64,000 bases of DNA from Amoebidium appalachense (Eukaryota > Protista > Ichthyosporea). Made by a program: the position numbers and the translations under genes. Under the pieces are notes generated by a model, which worked only from the letters and a program-made list of their open reading frames with translations, ran no database searches and had not been told where the DNA came from. Shown here one piece after another: positions 13,601 to 52,949 of this stretch (positions are counted from its first letter, which is position 1; each line of letters starts with the position of its first letter). The stretch is taken from NCBI GenBank assembly GCA_963693365.1, contig CAVNZM010000001.1:18791625-18855624 (forward strand), read 5' to 3'.

Positions 13601-13790
13601 GACTATGAAGCCTGTCATTGTGTTTACGGCGTCTCCCTTGCGGGCAAAGCCTGTTTCTGTGTCTACGGTGACTTCTCGGTGGGCTGCCTAGGCCTTTTTG
13701 CTTCGTCTGCATCGTTCCAAAAAAGGTAGGAGGCTCAGGGAAATTTTTTCGCGGGTACACTCATCTTCGCGTTGTGAGTCTTCGGAGTTG
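10650..13790 (-). mobile_element. Degenerate, internally deleted non-LTR retrotransposon (LINE); boundaries approximate
   Basis: Early RT motifs AIRALKPRKACGPDGLP and FRPVSLTNVFRRLFE...QGGFR (12740-13110), then a jump to C-terminal sequence with no YADD. Cys/His C-terminal motif WRCNF...WCQFCAELFNRKHVDRC at ~10915-11000; A-rich tail on the minus strand at ~10651-10670. Confidence 0.7.
11153..12231 (+). mobile_element. TRIM-like miniature LTR retrotransposon (non-autonomous, Copia-type PBS)
   Basis: Near-identical LTRs at 11153-11531 and 11840-12231 (TGTTGGA...TCCAACA; a 13-bp indel between them); 5-bp TSD ATGCC at 11148-11152 and 12232-12236; PBS GGTTATGGGCCCAG at 11533-11546; PPT GGGTAGGGG at 11831-11839; 308-bp internal region with no retroelement coding motifs. 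Confidence 0.95.
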
Positions 13791-14186
13791 ATGCACGAAG
13801 TCTTGAGTGCTTGCTACCGAAAATATCCCACACTGTTGTTACATCGAGTCAGGTTTCACAGTGGCTAGAATTGTTGAATTCAACCTCGACGAAAATGACC
13901 CGTCAACACGCCGAGCAAGGGATCAGCACCTCGCATTGCGAGTGGTGAGTTTGCCTGCTTCAACCTCCTGTTGTGATGCGGCCCCCAATCTAGTCTCTAC
14001 AATCGACGTGTATTGAAAATGTGTGTGTTTCAATAGTGCCTACAGGGATGGGTGTAATGGATGCAAGTGTGCCCACCTCTTCTCTTTGAGTTCTTCTCAT
14101 CAGCCTCTACCCCGTCTACCAGCCGGTATGGCATTGTGTGGTGAGCCGCTCAGACTGATCAACATCACAGGCAGGCAAAGTTTTTT

Positions 14187-14239
<53 letters not shown>

Positions 14240-14265
14240 GTGTCACTGTGGTGTGTGTGTGTGTG

Positions 14266-14310
<45 letters not shown>

Positions 14311-14426
14311 GAATGGCAAAGGCAAGAGGAAGACTTCTGTGGGGAGAAAGGGGGGGAGGAGGGGTAGGTAAACAAGTAATATACCCACCTTGGTAGCAAC
14401 AAGGAGGTGGGGTGGGTGCAGGAGAA

Positions 14427-14485
<59 letters not shown>

Positions 14486-14809
14486 GGGGGGGGGGAGGGG
14501 GGGGGGGGGGTTAGCCCGGGTGCAGCAGGGTTTGTTGTCTGGATCGATGGTTGAGGTCTTGTGCCGCGTGTGTGGTATAAAAGCGGTGATTTAATAATGG
14601 GTATGTTGGTGATGGTAATTGCAGAGGTGGCCCACACAGTGGTGGTGGTCGTGTGTATGTGTGTGTGCGTGCGTGCAGAAAACGTGTGTGTGTGTGTGTG
14701 TGCTCGCGGTTTGTTTGTGTGGCTATGCATGTGTGCCCCATGTGTGTGGATATGTGTGTGGGTGTGGGTGGGTGGGTGGGTGGGTGTGCGTGCATGCGCG
14801 CCTGTGCAT

Positions 14810-14851
<42 letters not shown>

Positions 14852-15230
14852 CGCCAAGGCGTGCGAGTGTGTGTGAATTGTGTGTTGGAGCGGATGTTTA
14901 AAAAACGAAATACACAATGCACTATTGCACCGCACACCATCAAACCAGTTGATCATTCAGATTTTATTTTTCGTAACTACAATCATCTTACCTGTCGAAC
15001 ATATCACGTTTACATATTCAAAACTAAAACGTGATGTGTTGAGTTAATGGGTTAAGTACAATATTTAGCTTTCAGGTTGTTCATACATTCCAGGGGTCTA
15101 ACAAGCTAAAAAGTGTTTCTTTCTGCAAATAATCAGAAACACACCAATTCATTGAGATAAGTTCACGGAGGCCATCTCTCATAAGCATTTTGTGACTTCG
15201 TGCCAAATCCCCCCCCCTCCCCCGCTCCCC

Positions 15231-15307
<77 letters not shown>

Positions 15308-15429
15308 CCTCGCCCAACCCATGCCATGCACCCATCAACCTAACTGCCCCCGTCCCCCCCCCCCCCCCCCCCCCCCCCCCAACATATACACACACACACA
15401 CATACCAATAATTTATGAATTTAGAAAAG

Positions 15430-25517
<10,088 letters not shown>

Positions 25518-25784
25518 CGTTCAAGCAAATGCTACTACGGGTTACTAAGGGGTTAATCGTGTCAGCTAACTGGATGCTACAATATGTTTGACAACAAAGC
25601 TTTTTCCAATCTATTAAGAGCGCATAACACAGTGACGAGCATGGAAAACATCTAAAAGAACAATTCCTTTCTCCAACTTTCCTCCATTAATATTAGCTTT
25701 TACACACACGGTCTGACTTCGCTGACAAACATGTGCACAGTGCGGCAGCGAAGAGTCACATAAAAAATTTCGAACATGGCGCTA

Positions 25785-25850
25785 TCGAGCCAATCAAAAC
25801 GTTGGTCTGTTTTGATTGGCTTATGCTTAGAGAGCTATGTCCAATCAGAG
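25785..25850 (-). promoter_or_regulatory. CCAAT-box cluster upstream of DHDDS
   Basis: AGCCAATCA (~25788), TGATTGGCT (~25813) and TCCAATCA (~25840), about 270-330 bp upstream of the ATG. Confidence 0.5.
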
Positions 25851-25883
25851 GGGTCGTGTCTTGAGGGAGGCAAAGAAGGGCAA

Positions 25884-27226
25884 ATTGGGTCGCTTTGCAT
25901 AAAAGTTTAGAAATCCTAGATTACGTTACGACCGATCTCGCCACGTTTCGAGCTTGCGGCGCTTGGCCACACGCATAGATCTATGATGACGATGCATGAC
26001 TTTGTAAGATCTTGATGACAGCCGCCAAACCCAGACACCAAAGGGTGGTATTGCACAGAGCCGTGACATCATCTAGGAATCCTAGATTTCGTCATGGCCG
26101 ATCTAGCAAACGTTACATATATCTGACTGAGGATCCTAGATTCTCGTGGGGTTTACGCTGTTTACTTGAGGCAAAGATTCTCGTTTCGTATTGCATAAAG
26201 CAAAGGCAGCCCAGGAGTGAACCTAGTGAGTCACATATAGTATAAACGATTGTTGGATGAAATGTCAGAGTCGGCCAGCAAGGGAATTAATGCAGTAGAG
26301 CTTTTTTCTGTTAATATTTCTATATGGAACCCACTATGCTTTCTTTTTAACAGTTTTTTTATGGGCATCTGAAGACGTGCAGCTCGCGCATCGTGTATAC
26401 CGTAGGCGAGTACTACATGATTGAAAACCATCGGCGGCAGTGGGTATCTGCTCAACCTGATTTAAACCCAATCGCAGCGGCTTCGGCGCATACCGAAGAT
26501 CTAAACCGTTCTCAAACCAGTCTGGGTAGGGGGGGGGGGGGGGGGGGGGGGGGGAGAGGGGGAACCGGCAGACTCTAGGAAATTCCTAGATTGCATCACG
26601 GATCTTGTGAATCACGCATGGTCATCCAGTATCTGTGCATTCGACCAAGCGCAGGATTGCCGGAAATTTTTTTTTATTTTTTTTTTTATTCCCCTTTTGA
26701 CCGGAAAAATGCAAGATTGGCCATGACGAAATCTAGGATCCATAGATGACGTCACGGCTTTATGCAATACCACCCAAAATCTGGGAGACGTCACCCCACC
26801 CCCATCTCCCCGACTGAACCAGATCTTTGGAATGTGCTAAAGCCGATGCGATTGGTTTTAAATCAGGTCAAGCGCATAGCCGTACTTAACCGATTGGTTT
26901 TCAATCAGGTTTGCTAGGTAACCGCGGTAATGGCTCTGTCTCTCTTTCGGTAAACGGTTCTGTATAGGAATATGCAACATTGAAACGCACAAAAAAAGAG
27001 CTGTAAATTATTTCGTGTGCGATGTGCTCTAATAAGTCAGATAGGTTTGGCTTTTTCTTTACAAAATATTCAAAGACCTCTCAGCTCATATCCACCAGTT
27101 CATGCTCAGTATGCAAACCGAAGACAACAATTTAGGTTAGGTTTTCTATTCAGATTCCCACTCACGTTGCGATATCAGCTGTGAAGTAATCTAGGATTTC
27201 TAAATGTTTATGCAAAGCGACCCAAT
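25884..27226. mobile_element. Non-autonomous TIR/foldback element (~1.34 kb)
   Basis: ~40-bp TIR ATTGGGTCGCTTTGCATAAA..TTTAGAAATCCTAGATTA with 2 mismatches; internal inverted copies (26063-26099 vs 26719-26755); no clean TSD. Confidence 0.8.
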
Positions 27227-28000
27227 ATCACGTTGAAACCAGACGCTGTCACCCATGTTGCAAGTGCATGCATATGCATGCTATGGCGGAAAAGCGAGTG
27301 CGAGTGGATTCACCTGTAAAATGTAGCAGGCGTGAGACACTTTCGTCTTGTGAGAACATCGTGTATGTGGCACAGAAGAGATCACTTGAGGGTGTGCATT
27401 CACATCCACAGCAATGTGACCAAGGCCATGGGGGACCACCGTGAGAACTTCCCAAAATAAAAGTATATCACCGTTGCCTGATCACGATGCACTATCCGCG
27501 CAGGCACGGGCGCCAATGGAGGTTGCCTATGATACTTGAGGCACAGTCTATCCAAACTTCATTCATTTGGTGTGGGTTGCCAGCCAGGCTTGGATTGTAA
27601 TCAACGATCTCGATGTGACTGGAAAACTGGCCAAACGCACCCATGTAATTAATAATGCATGAATGGGGTTGGGTGCCTCCTAAAGCTTATAGCAATTAAT
27701 ACAGAGGTGCGGCAACCATGTTATGAAAGAAGATCCATACTCGAATTATTCATCATTCATCACATTCATACCAACGCATCATTCCTGTACGTTGAGCTAG
27801 TGCATGTGAACCAGTGGGATAGCAGAGGGAAAGGGGTGGCTAGAAAACACAGGCGGCACCAACCAAATACTTACCATCTCCACTGATTTACTAAACCCCC
27901 CCCTCTCTCCCCCTCTCCCCCCCCCCCCCTCTCTCTCCCCCCTCCCTCCCTCCCTCCCTGAAGCTCCCTCCCTCCCTCAAAAAAAAAAAAAAAAAAAAAA

Positions 28001-34343
<6,343 letters not shown>

Positions 34344-34346
34344 GTC

Positions 34347-34685
34347 TCACCCAACCTGCCTGTTCTCCTGCCTCCCCCACCCCCCGCTCACCACGACCTC
34401 CATTTTTCTCTTTCCGCTCCTTCGGGCCCCCTTACACCCCCAACCCATCTCCCCCTCCTCCCCCCTTAACCCCCACCTCCCACCCAACACCCCTCTTGTA
34501 CTACACACACACATCTCTCACTTAGAGGTTTACAGTTGCACCCTTAATAAAAGTTGGTTCTGGAGGTTTGGTTGGTGCTGGGAGGGTTTTCTTACCTTTA
34601 GTTTTCCCCTCAGCCGCAGGCAGACAGGGCACAGCTTCTGGTCCGCCTGAAAGCGGTAGCCGTCCAGGGGGCAGTAGTTCCACAT
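34347..34685 (-). CDS. Putative spliced upstream ORF, 32-aa zinc-ribbon-like peptide
   Basis: ATG at 34685; exon to 34596 followed by GTAAG; acceptor CAG at 34356-34358; peptide MWNYCPLDGYRFQADQKLCPVCLRLRGKLKVG*; TGA at 34347-34349. Confidence 0.5.
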
Positions 34686-35656
34686 GATGGTAGTGTTTTC
34701 AGCACTAGTGGACGCCAAAGATGATGCTATGTGATTTGTGCGCAGACCGTAGGAAGCGCAGGTACTCTGTAAGGTCTATTTCCACGAAGCTGGATGCGTG
34801 AATCATACCTCGACATCTGTGTTCTTAACTGTGTGAAAAAAAAAGCTCCCCTTTGAGATCAGCTGCTCGAGAATACGACAGAAGCATAGAGGGTTTGTGG
34901 TATTCTTCGATGGATATCGGTGCTTCTAGATTTGGACCCAAAAAAAAAAAAAACAGCAAAAGTTGTGAGGGTTTGGCGGTACTCTTCGGTGAAGTTTATG
35001 TCACTGTGCAGTGAGTGAACCGTGTTTTCAAGCAGAGCCTCACGCACGGGTGATGTGACCATCAAGAGCGACGACTGAAGATGGACAGATGACTCGTGAC
35101 ATGCTAGCAAACAATGTGTTCTTCACTAAGAGGGGGGGGACGGAGGGCGCACAATTGCAGCCACCGCCAAAGAGAGGGCGGGCCACTGTTGGCGCCCTGC
35201 CTCCTTCACAAATTCCTCATGCAAAAGGCATGAGCCCGGGCGTTACTCCGGGCCGTTATTTTCCTTACTCATTAAGTTTAAGGCCAAACTGGGCACTGGC
35301 TTTTCCGCCCGGAATATGGTAAATCAGTGAGTTGGTTTGATTGTGGGACTCTTTTGGTGTTTTGGCGCAAAAATTAGAGAAGTTCGGTTGCAGGGGCAAC
35401 ACAGCCCGCGCAGGACAAAAGGCCCAGTGACATGGCCGGTGTGGATGTTGTAAGGGTGTTTTCCCTTCTGTTTTTTTATTGAGTTCATCTTGTGCTTTTC
35501 TTGCGCTTTCCAATCGCAATATGTACATAGACGGTCGGGCCTGGCTTCTATAGTGTTTCTGGCTCAGGTAGTGTGTGTTTGAATGCACACCGTGATGACA
35601 CAACTTTAGAGGTAGCTCCACTTTTTCAGTGGAACACTGGCGGTTGAGAAAGCAAC

Positions 35657-47457
<11,801 letters not shown>

Positions 47458-47932
47458 AAATTTGAATTATTCTTAAACGAATGTGTGTGTGTCTGTACGT
47501 GACAGTCTAAACTATCTATGTCAAGTGTAATAACATACATTACATAACCGAATGACTTAATTATCGAATGTATGTACTACTATAATGTCCAATTGAGACC
47601 ATGTACATCTAAACAAGTGTGTACATAATCGAGTGTACACTAGGACGAGTGTATATGTCACGAGTGAGAACCTATATGGTTCTATCTATAATCATGAATG
47701 TCGCAGCAACCAAATGACAGTAACATTTACGTGTTCAAAACCTCCTCTTCCCCTCCCCTTCCCTCCCTCCCTCCCCCCGTTACCTCCCCTCCCCTTTCCA
47801 TCCCTCCCTCCTACCCCCCTTCCCCCCTCCCCGGGCCAGCCCCCCTCCCCTTCCCCTTCCTCCTCCCCCTTTGTCCCCCTCCCCGTCCCCCCCCCCCCCC
47901 CCCCCCCCCCCCGGTCCCACCAGCGATCTGAG

Positions 47933-48230
47933 GGTCGATTCCCGTCCCCCGATGTGAAAATCAGTGTAGCCGCGGCATGTGAACTTCACGCTTCCAGCAC
48001 GGTGAGGGGAAACGATTTTATAGTGAACTTAGCACAATTCAATATGACCCCCGGCACTTTACTGGCTGCAATGGTTGCGTTACTATTATGTTGTTATGGT
48101 CCGCATATTGCAAACATGAGTCCTGACCCCTTACGATATAACTAGTTGTATTGCAGTGGTGTGGTGTGGGGGGATGACGTTCACATGCCGCGGCTACACT
48201 GATTTTCACATCGGGGGACGGGAATCGACC
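47933..48230. mobile_element. MITE-like element, ~300 bp with 52-bp TIRs
   Basis: GGTCGATTCCCGTCCCCCGATGTGAAAATCAGTGTAGCCGCGGCATGTGAAC at 47933 and its reverse complement ending at 48230; TSD unclear. Confidence 0.85.
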
Positions 48231-50698
48231 TTACTGTTACCGTTATAGCCTCCCCCCCCCCCCTCCCCCCACTTCCCGGCAGGCCAATACTATAGTGGGG
48301 ATGGCGGTGTAATGTCGTAAATGACCACGTTTATTCCCCCCCCCCCCCCTCCCCCCCCTTCTTTTTCTTTTATTATCACCAACGTTAAAGTTATTCCGAG
48401 TTTTGTTGTTATTGGTCATGATATTTATTCTACTACAGTACTATTGCCTTCTATGTTCCCAACTCAGGCTACAGCGCCCGTCAAAGTCTATATCTGGAGT
48501 CCACACCTGGGGATCCCCCTGATGGAGAGGGGCTGAGGGGGGGGGGGGGGGGGGGGGGGGGGTTGAGGAGACCGAAGGCTTCAAAACCCGGACACCCGTA
48601 TAAATATTTGTGGCCGTACTGCACTTCGAAGTGCTAATGTAAGATTTATATTCGCTTTTGGTTATTTATATGTTTGTTTCGTGCTGTTTTGTGCTGCATG
48701 GCAATGTGTACCTACCACTGTGTTTTGGTCAAAGGTCAGGGCTCTGGTGTGCGTACTGCAGGGTAAGAAGATATTTCTATCCCCGGGAGGAGGGGGGCGG
48801 GGGGGAGGCGGAAGGGGGGAGGGGGGTTTGGGGGGAAGGGGGGGAGAGGGGGGCCGGTGCCGGGGAGGGGGGAAGGGGAGGGGATGGGGAAGGGGGCTGT
48901 GGGGGGGGGGCAGGGGAGGGAAGGAAGGGGGACAGGGGAAGGGGACGTTGAAAATCTTGAGATTGAACTGCGTCGCAGCAGGGTCCCTGGCAACAGGTTG
49001 ACGCAAGATAAATTATGCTTATTTATGGCAATTTCCTTTTTTGGGCATTCGCCATATAAGGCATGCAATCGCTAGATGCAGCCATATTCGTCTATCATCA
49101 ATGGCAACGTATTGTGTCCGTAGCCGAACGTTTCCCCCTTACCAGCACTTGAATGCCCAATGATAAAACGTAGGCTATTTTAGGTTCTTACCATTTTTAG
49201 TGATTTCGCGCCCACATTGGGGCGACCCACAAAGGATGCCGAATGAAGTACACGGGTCCCTCACACATGAATCACACTATCTTACTGATACACTCCCGTA
49301 CTGATACAGTAAACTGCCCAACCTGCACAGTAAAAGAGGCAACTTGTAGAGTCCCGGCCCACACACACACACACTACAGTGATACATAGTGACGCGGCAC
49401 CATATATGCATGGTACTGCTTTATTATTGCAAATGCCGTGTTCGTGCATTATTACACCTTACATATAATAAATGATACACTTAAATCGATCATAAAGCAA
49501 CAGGAAGAAGGTTGCTGGGTGTTTTTTTCGAGAAGCAGAGTACAGTACTCATGATACAACCCACAATTTATTTGTAGATGTATGCAGCAATGCGATTGTA
49601 GGTGCTGCTTTTACTGGGTTAAATAAAACAAAAACCTCTGCACCAGGACCATCACATGTACGTGTACAGTAGGTTATCAAGTACACTGCAAGTAGGCGAT
49701 GTATATGCAAGCGATTACAAAAACAGTGTTTGGAACTTAAGATCATAATAACCATACTATGCATATATGGAAGTTAATCCAGTGTCAGAACAAATTTTCC
49801 AGCTTTAATCAGAACTCAAAAAAAAAAACCGGGGGGTTTTTGTTTTCTTTTCTTTTTTCTTTCGTTTTTTTTTTTTCCCCGCTTCTTCGCGTGGTGCAGA
49901 ATATTCCTACATAATACTAAGTGCACGAGTTCGAAGGCTCGAGGTGCTCCAGCTGCTGTGATTTCTACCCCTCAAATTTAATAAATAAGGAATAGCTGCT
50001 CCAACAAGAACTTTAGCTATGTATCGTTGGATCACGTAACTTTCTACTTGCCTTCCATTATGCCGTTCTACTTTTATTCCGCCGCCACCCCCCCCTCCCC
50101 TTCTCCGGCCCTCCCCCCCCCTCCCCCCCCCCCCCCCCCCCCCCCAATCATCCCCCACTCCCTGGGTCCCTAAATACAACAACCTCAGATCCCTAGCATT
50201 GAAGTTCTCAGGATTTAGACAAGAAAAGAGAAGCAAACACAAAAGGAAAGGATGTTCATCAAAAATAAATAATAAAAAGACGTTGTGTCTAATTAACTAC
50301 AACCTAATAGTATCATGTCAGCCCGGCTCCAAAAAGATGCGTGTTCGTTTCATTTTCATTCAAAGTAAAGGAGGCTCAAACCACACATATATATATAGTT
50401 TTGTTGAGATGCCACCCACGTTCATTTTCACCTTTTCGCACAACAAGTTGTCACAATTTTTTCTTTTCAAACACGCTGGTGCAGGTTGCAGTTAATGATA
50501 TCACGCAACTTGTTGAAAACAACAAAGGAGAAGCCGTGTCGACCTCGCTGGTTTGTGGATTCGAGCAAGGCTTAATTGGCGACAGGGCAGGGATTTAGTT
50601 GGAACATACTTGTGGTTGTCTGGTACCCACCCGCAGGACGGCGACAAGGAATACGCTGTTAAATCACGGAAAAATTCGTTAAGAATAAATTAAACAAA

Positions 50699-51214
50699 TC
50701 AAATGCCTCTTGGGGCACCGTGCTCCTGCAGCTGGGGGGTTGCGCGCGAAACAATCTCCGTGGGTGTGTTGTGACGCCTCTGCGGTGTGCTAACGTTAAC
50801 ACCACAGTACTTCCTTTCGGTAAGGCTTGGAGACACAATGTGTGCGTCGATGTGACAGTCGAGCTTATGTGAAGTAGATGTAGAATTCCACACAGTGGAG
50901 ATGTGATCTAGACTCCTGGAACTGAACCTCGAAACCTGCTGATATGAAAGCTCGTTCTTTGTACATGTCGAGTGATGTTCCGTGTTGTGGTGCACCTGTG
51001 TCATGATGTTTTCTGTGGTCACAATCTGAAAACTCTGTGCATAGAGGGATTGTGCTGGGAGGAGAAAAAACCGGCCCCTTCTGATGGTGCCAGGCTCCTG
51101 CAAGTTATCAGCAGACGAGGTTTCAGGGAGGGATTGGGAAGACAACGTACGGGTGGCCCTCCGTGGTGGAGACTCAGTGCTGGGTGAACCCTCGTAGCTG
51201 CTCGCGCGTGTCAT
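50699..51214 (-). CDS. Possible intronless Ser/Thr-rich hypothetical protein (171 aa)
   Basis: Non-repetitive open frame from ATG 51214 (MTRASSYEGSPSTES...RRGRFFL); no domain recognised. Confidence 0.3.
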   Translation of the reverse strand: MTRASSYEGSPSTESPPRRATRTLSSQSLPETSSADNLQEPGTIRRGRFFLLPAQSLYAQSFQIVTTENIMTQVHHNTEHHSTCTKNELSYQQVSRFSSRSLDHISTVWNSTSTSHKLDCHIDAHIVSPSLTERKYCGVNVSTPQRRHNTPTEIVSRATPQLQEHGAPRGI

Positions 51215-51776
51215 TATGCTAATATAGAACGAAGCGTGGGAGAAAAAATCCTGAAACAAGTGAAGCTAGTGATGTTATCTTCAAATATAGCTGAGTAGCC
51301 CGTAGACAGGCGAGGTACAGTTGACTTCATAACTTTTCACGGTTGTGTATCTCCCGGGGGCCCTGTGTCTGTGTGTAGCGCATGCCACAGTGTTGTTTCA
51401 ACAGATTTTCGAAAACTGTATCGGGGGGTGGTCTCGATTGAAAACGGTATAATAAGGCTGCGTAGGAACCCTTGGGTGAGGGTTGATTCCGAACTGAGGC
51501 CAGGGAAATGCAGTTTCAACCCCGGAGAGTCAGGCCACGCTAACAGAAATCTTGATGTGTTGTTACGAGCAGTGTAGCTAGTAGGGGTAGGGCCGCAGAA
51601 GGGTTATCAAAACAATTCCACGTACAGTGTTCTGAGTTGACTGATCATGTGGAGTGTAACTGAATCAATGATACCATTCAATTCAACCTTATTCACTGAC
51701 TCGTTCAAGTGGGGCGTGCTCATATGATGACTGGTGCACCTCGGGTGGTGACACGTGTGCGGCAGAGTCCGACGAC

Positions 51777-52040
51777 TATGAAAATATCCTGTTTTTCGCC
51801 TTGAGTATCAACCTGGATATATCACGAAAATATCGCAAAGGTCCCAGGTTATCCCGTTTTTTATTTCGCGAATGCCCTGAGTATCATCTCAATATATCCC
51901 GAAAACCTCCCTGAATATCAAAAGATATATCAAAAGTATCCTATTTGTGCCCTGATTATCGGGCCCAAGTATCCAGTCCAGACAACTTACTGACTAAGCT
52001 TATCACCCGAATATCTAAGGCGGATACACGTGTGCGCACG

Positions 52041-52108
<68 letters not shown>

Positions 52109-52949
52109 ACAGTGTGTGTGTGTGTGTGTGTGTGTGCACGTGTGTGTGTGTGGGCGGCTTTTTCGTCTGCATCTTGCGTGCCCGTTCGATGGCTGCACCC
52201 TTGGGCAAATTGGCCGACTGGGAGGCGAACAACGCGTTGAGTTGGGCCCGGGCCGCGACTTGCTGGGTTACTTCAGAAACAACGGCAGTTTCAGGCACAA
52301 CACTGGTGTAAATCTGCATGTTGGACTCGACGGGGGCACTCTTGCCAGTGCCGATAATGGCCGCCATAGAGAAGGCGGCGGCAGAAATGACTGCGCGTGG
52401 TTAAGAACGCTAGCGCTTGGTTTCACAAAAGTAAACGTGTCTGAAGTGGGAGAACTGACCGAGAAAGCCCAAAAACCACTCTTTATACCGATGAAAAGAA
52501 GTTGCACATGTGTCAACTGTCAAAACCGCCTGTCTGACATCTGAGGCGGGAACTTGAGTGGTTGGTAGTTTCCAGCCGTATGTGGCGGGAGCTTGGCACA
52601 TTGGTTCGATGTGAAATCCAACTGCCCAAATATGGCTATTGTTACATTCATTACTTCTTTTGGCTTGTTTACCTCTTGCTTGATTGGCAACCTTTGGCCG
52701 CAGAACTCCCTAGTGGAAACCCCACAACACAAATAGATAACTCCTATAATACCCCCTAGTTGGACGTGATATATCCCGCCTCTGAACGTAGGATATATCA
52801 CCTCTTCGGAGATTCATTTTGATAAATTAAATTTTGCACCCCCCAAGAATATCACCGGATAGATCTCGGGGGTGCCTTGATTATCACCAGATATATCTGG
52901 CATCCAACTTGCCCCTGAGTATCACCTAGATACACGGGATCTTTTCATA
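51777..52949. mobile_element. ~1.17-kb TIR element with GATATC-rich subterminal repeats
   Basis: Inverted ends TATGAAAA(T/G)ATCC(T/C)GT; degenerate GATAT/TATC motifs in ~200-250 bp at both ends, like the 406-8415 element; no TSD found. Confidence 0.55.

Noticed and set aside
34347-34349. Selenocysteine reading of the TGA before PIG-C
   Set aside because: No SECIS recognised downstream of the PIG-C stop, and the codon is not in a redox motif.
51987-52700. Coding fragments inside the 1.17-kb TIR element
   Set aside because: Short overlapping frames with no transposase or other motif; the real frame, if any, cannot be determined.
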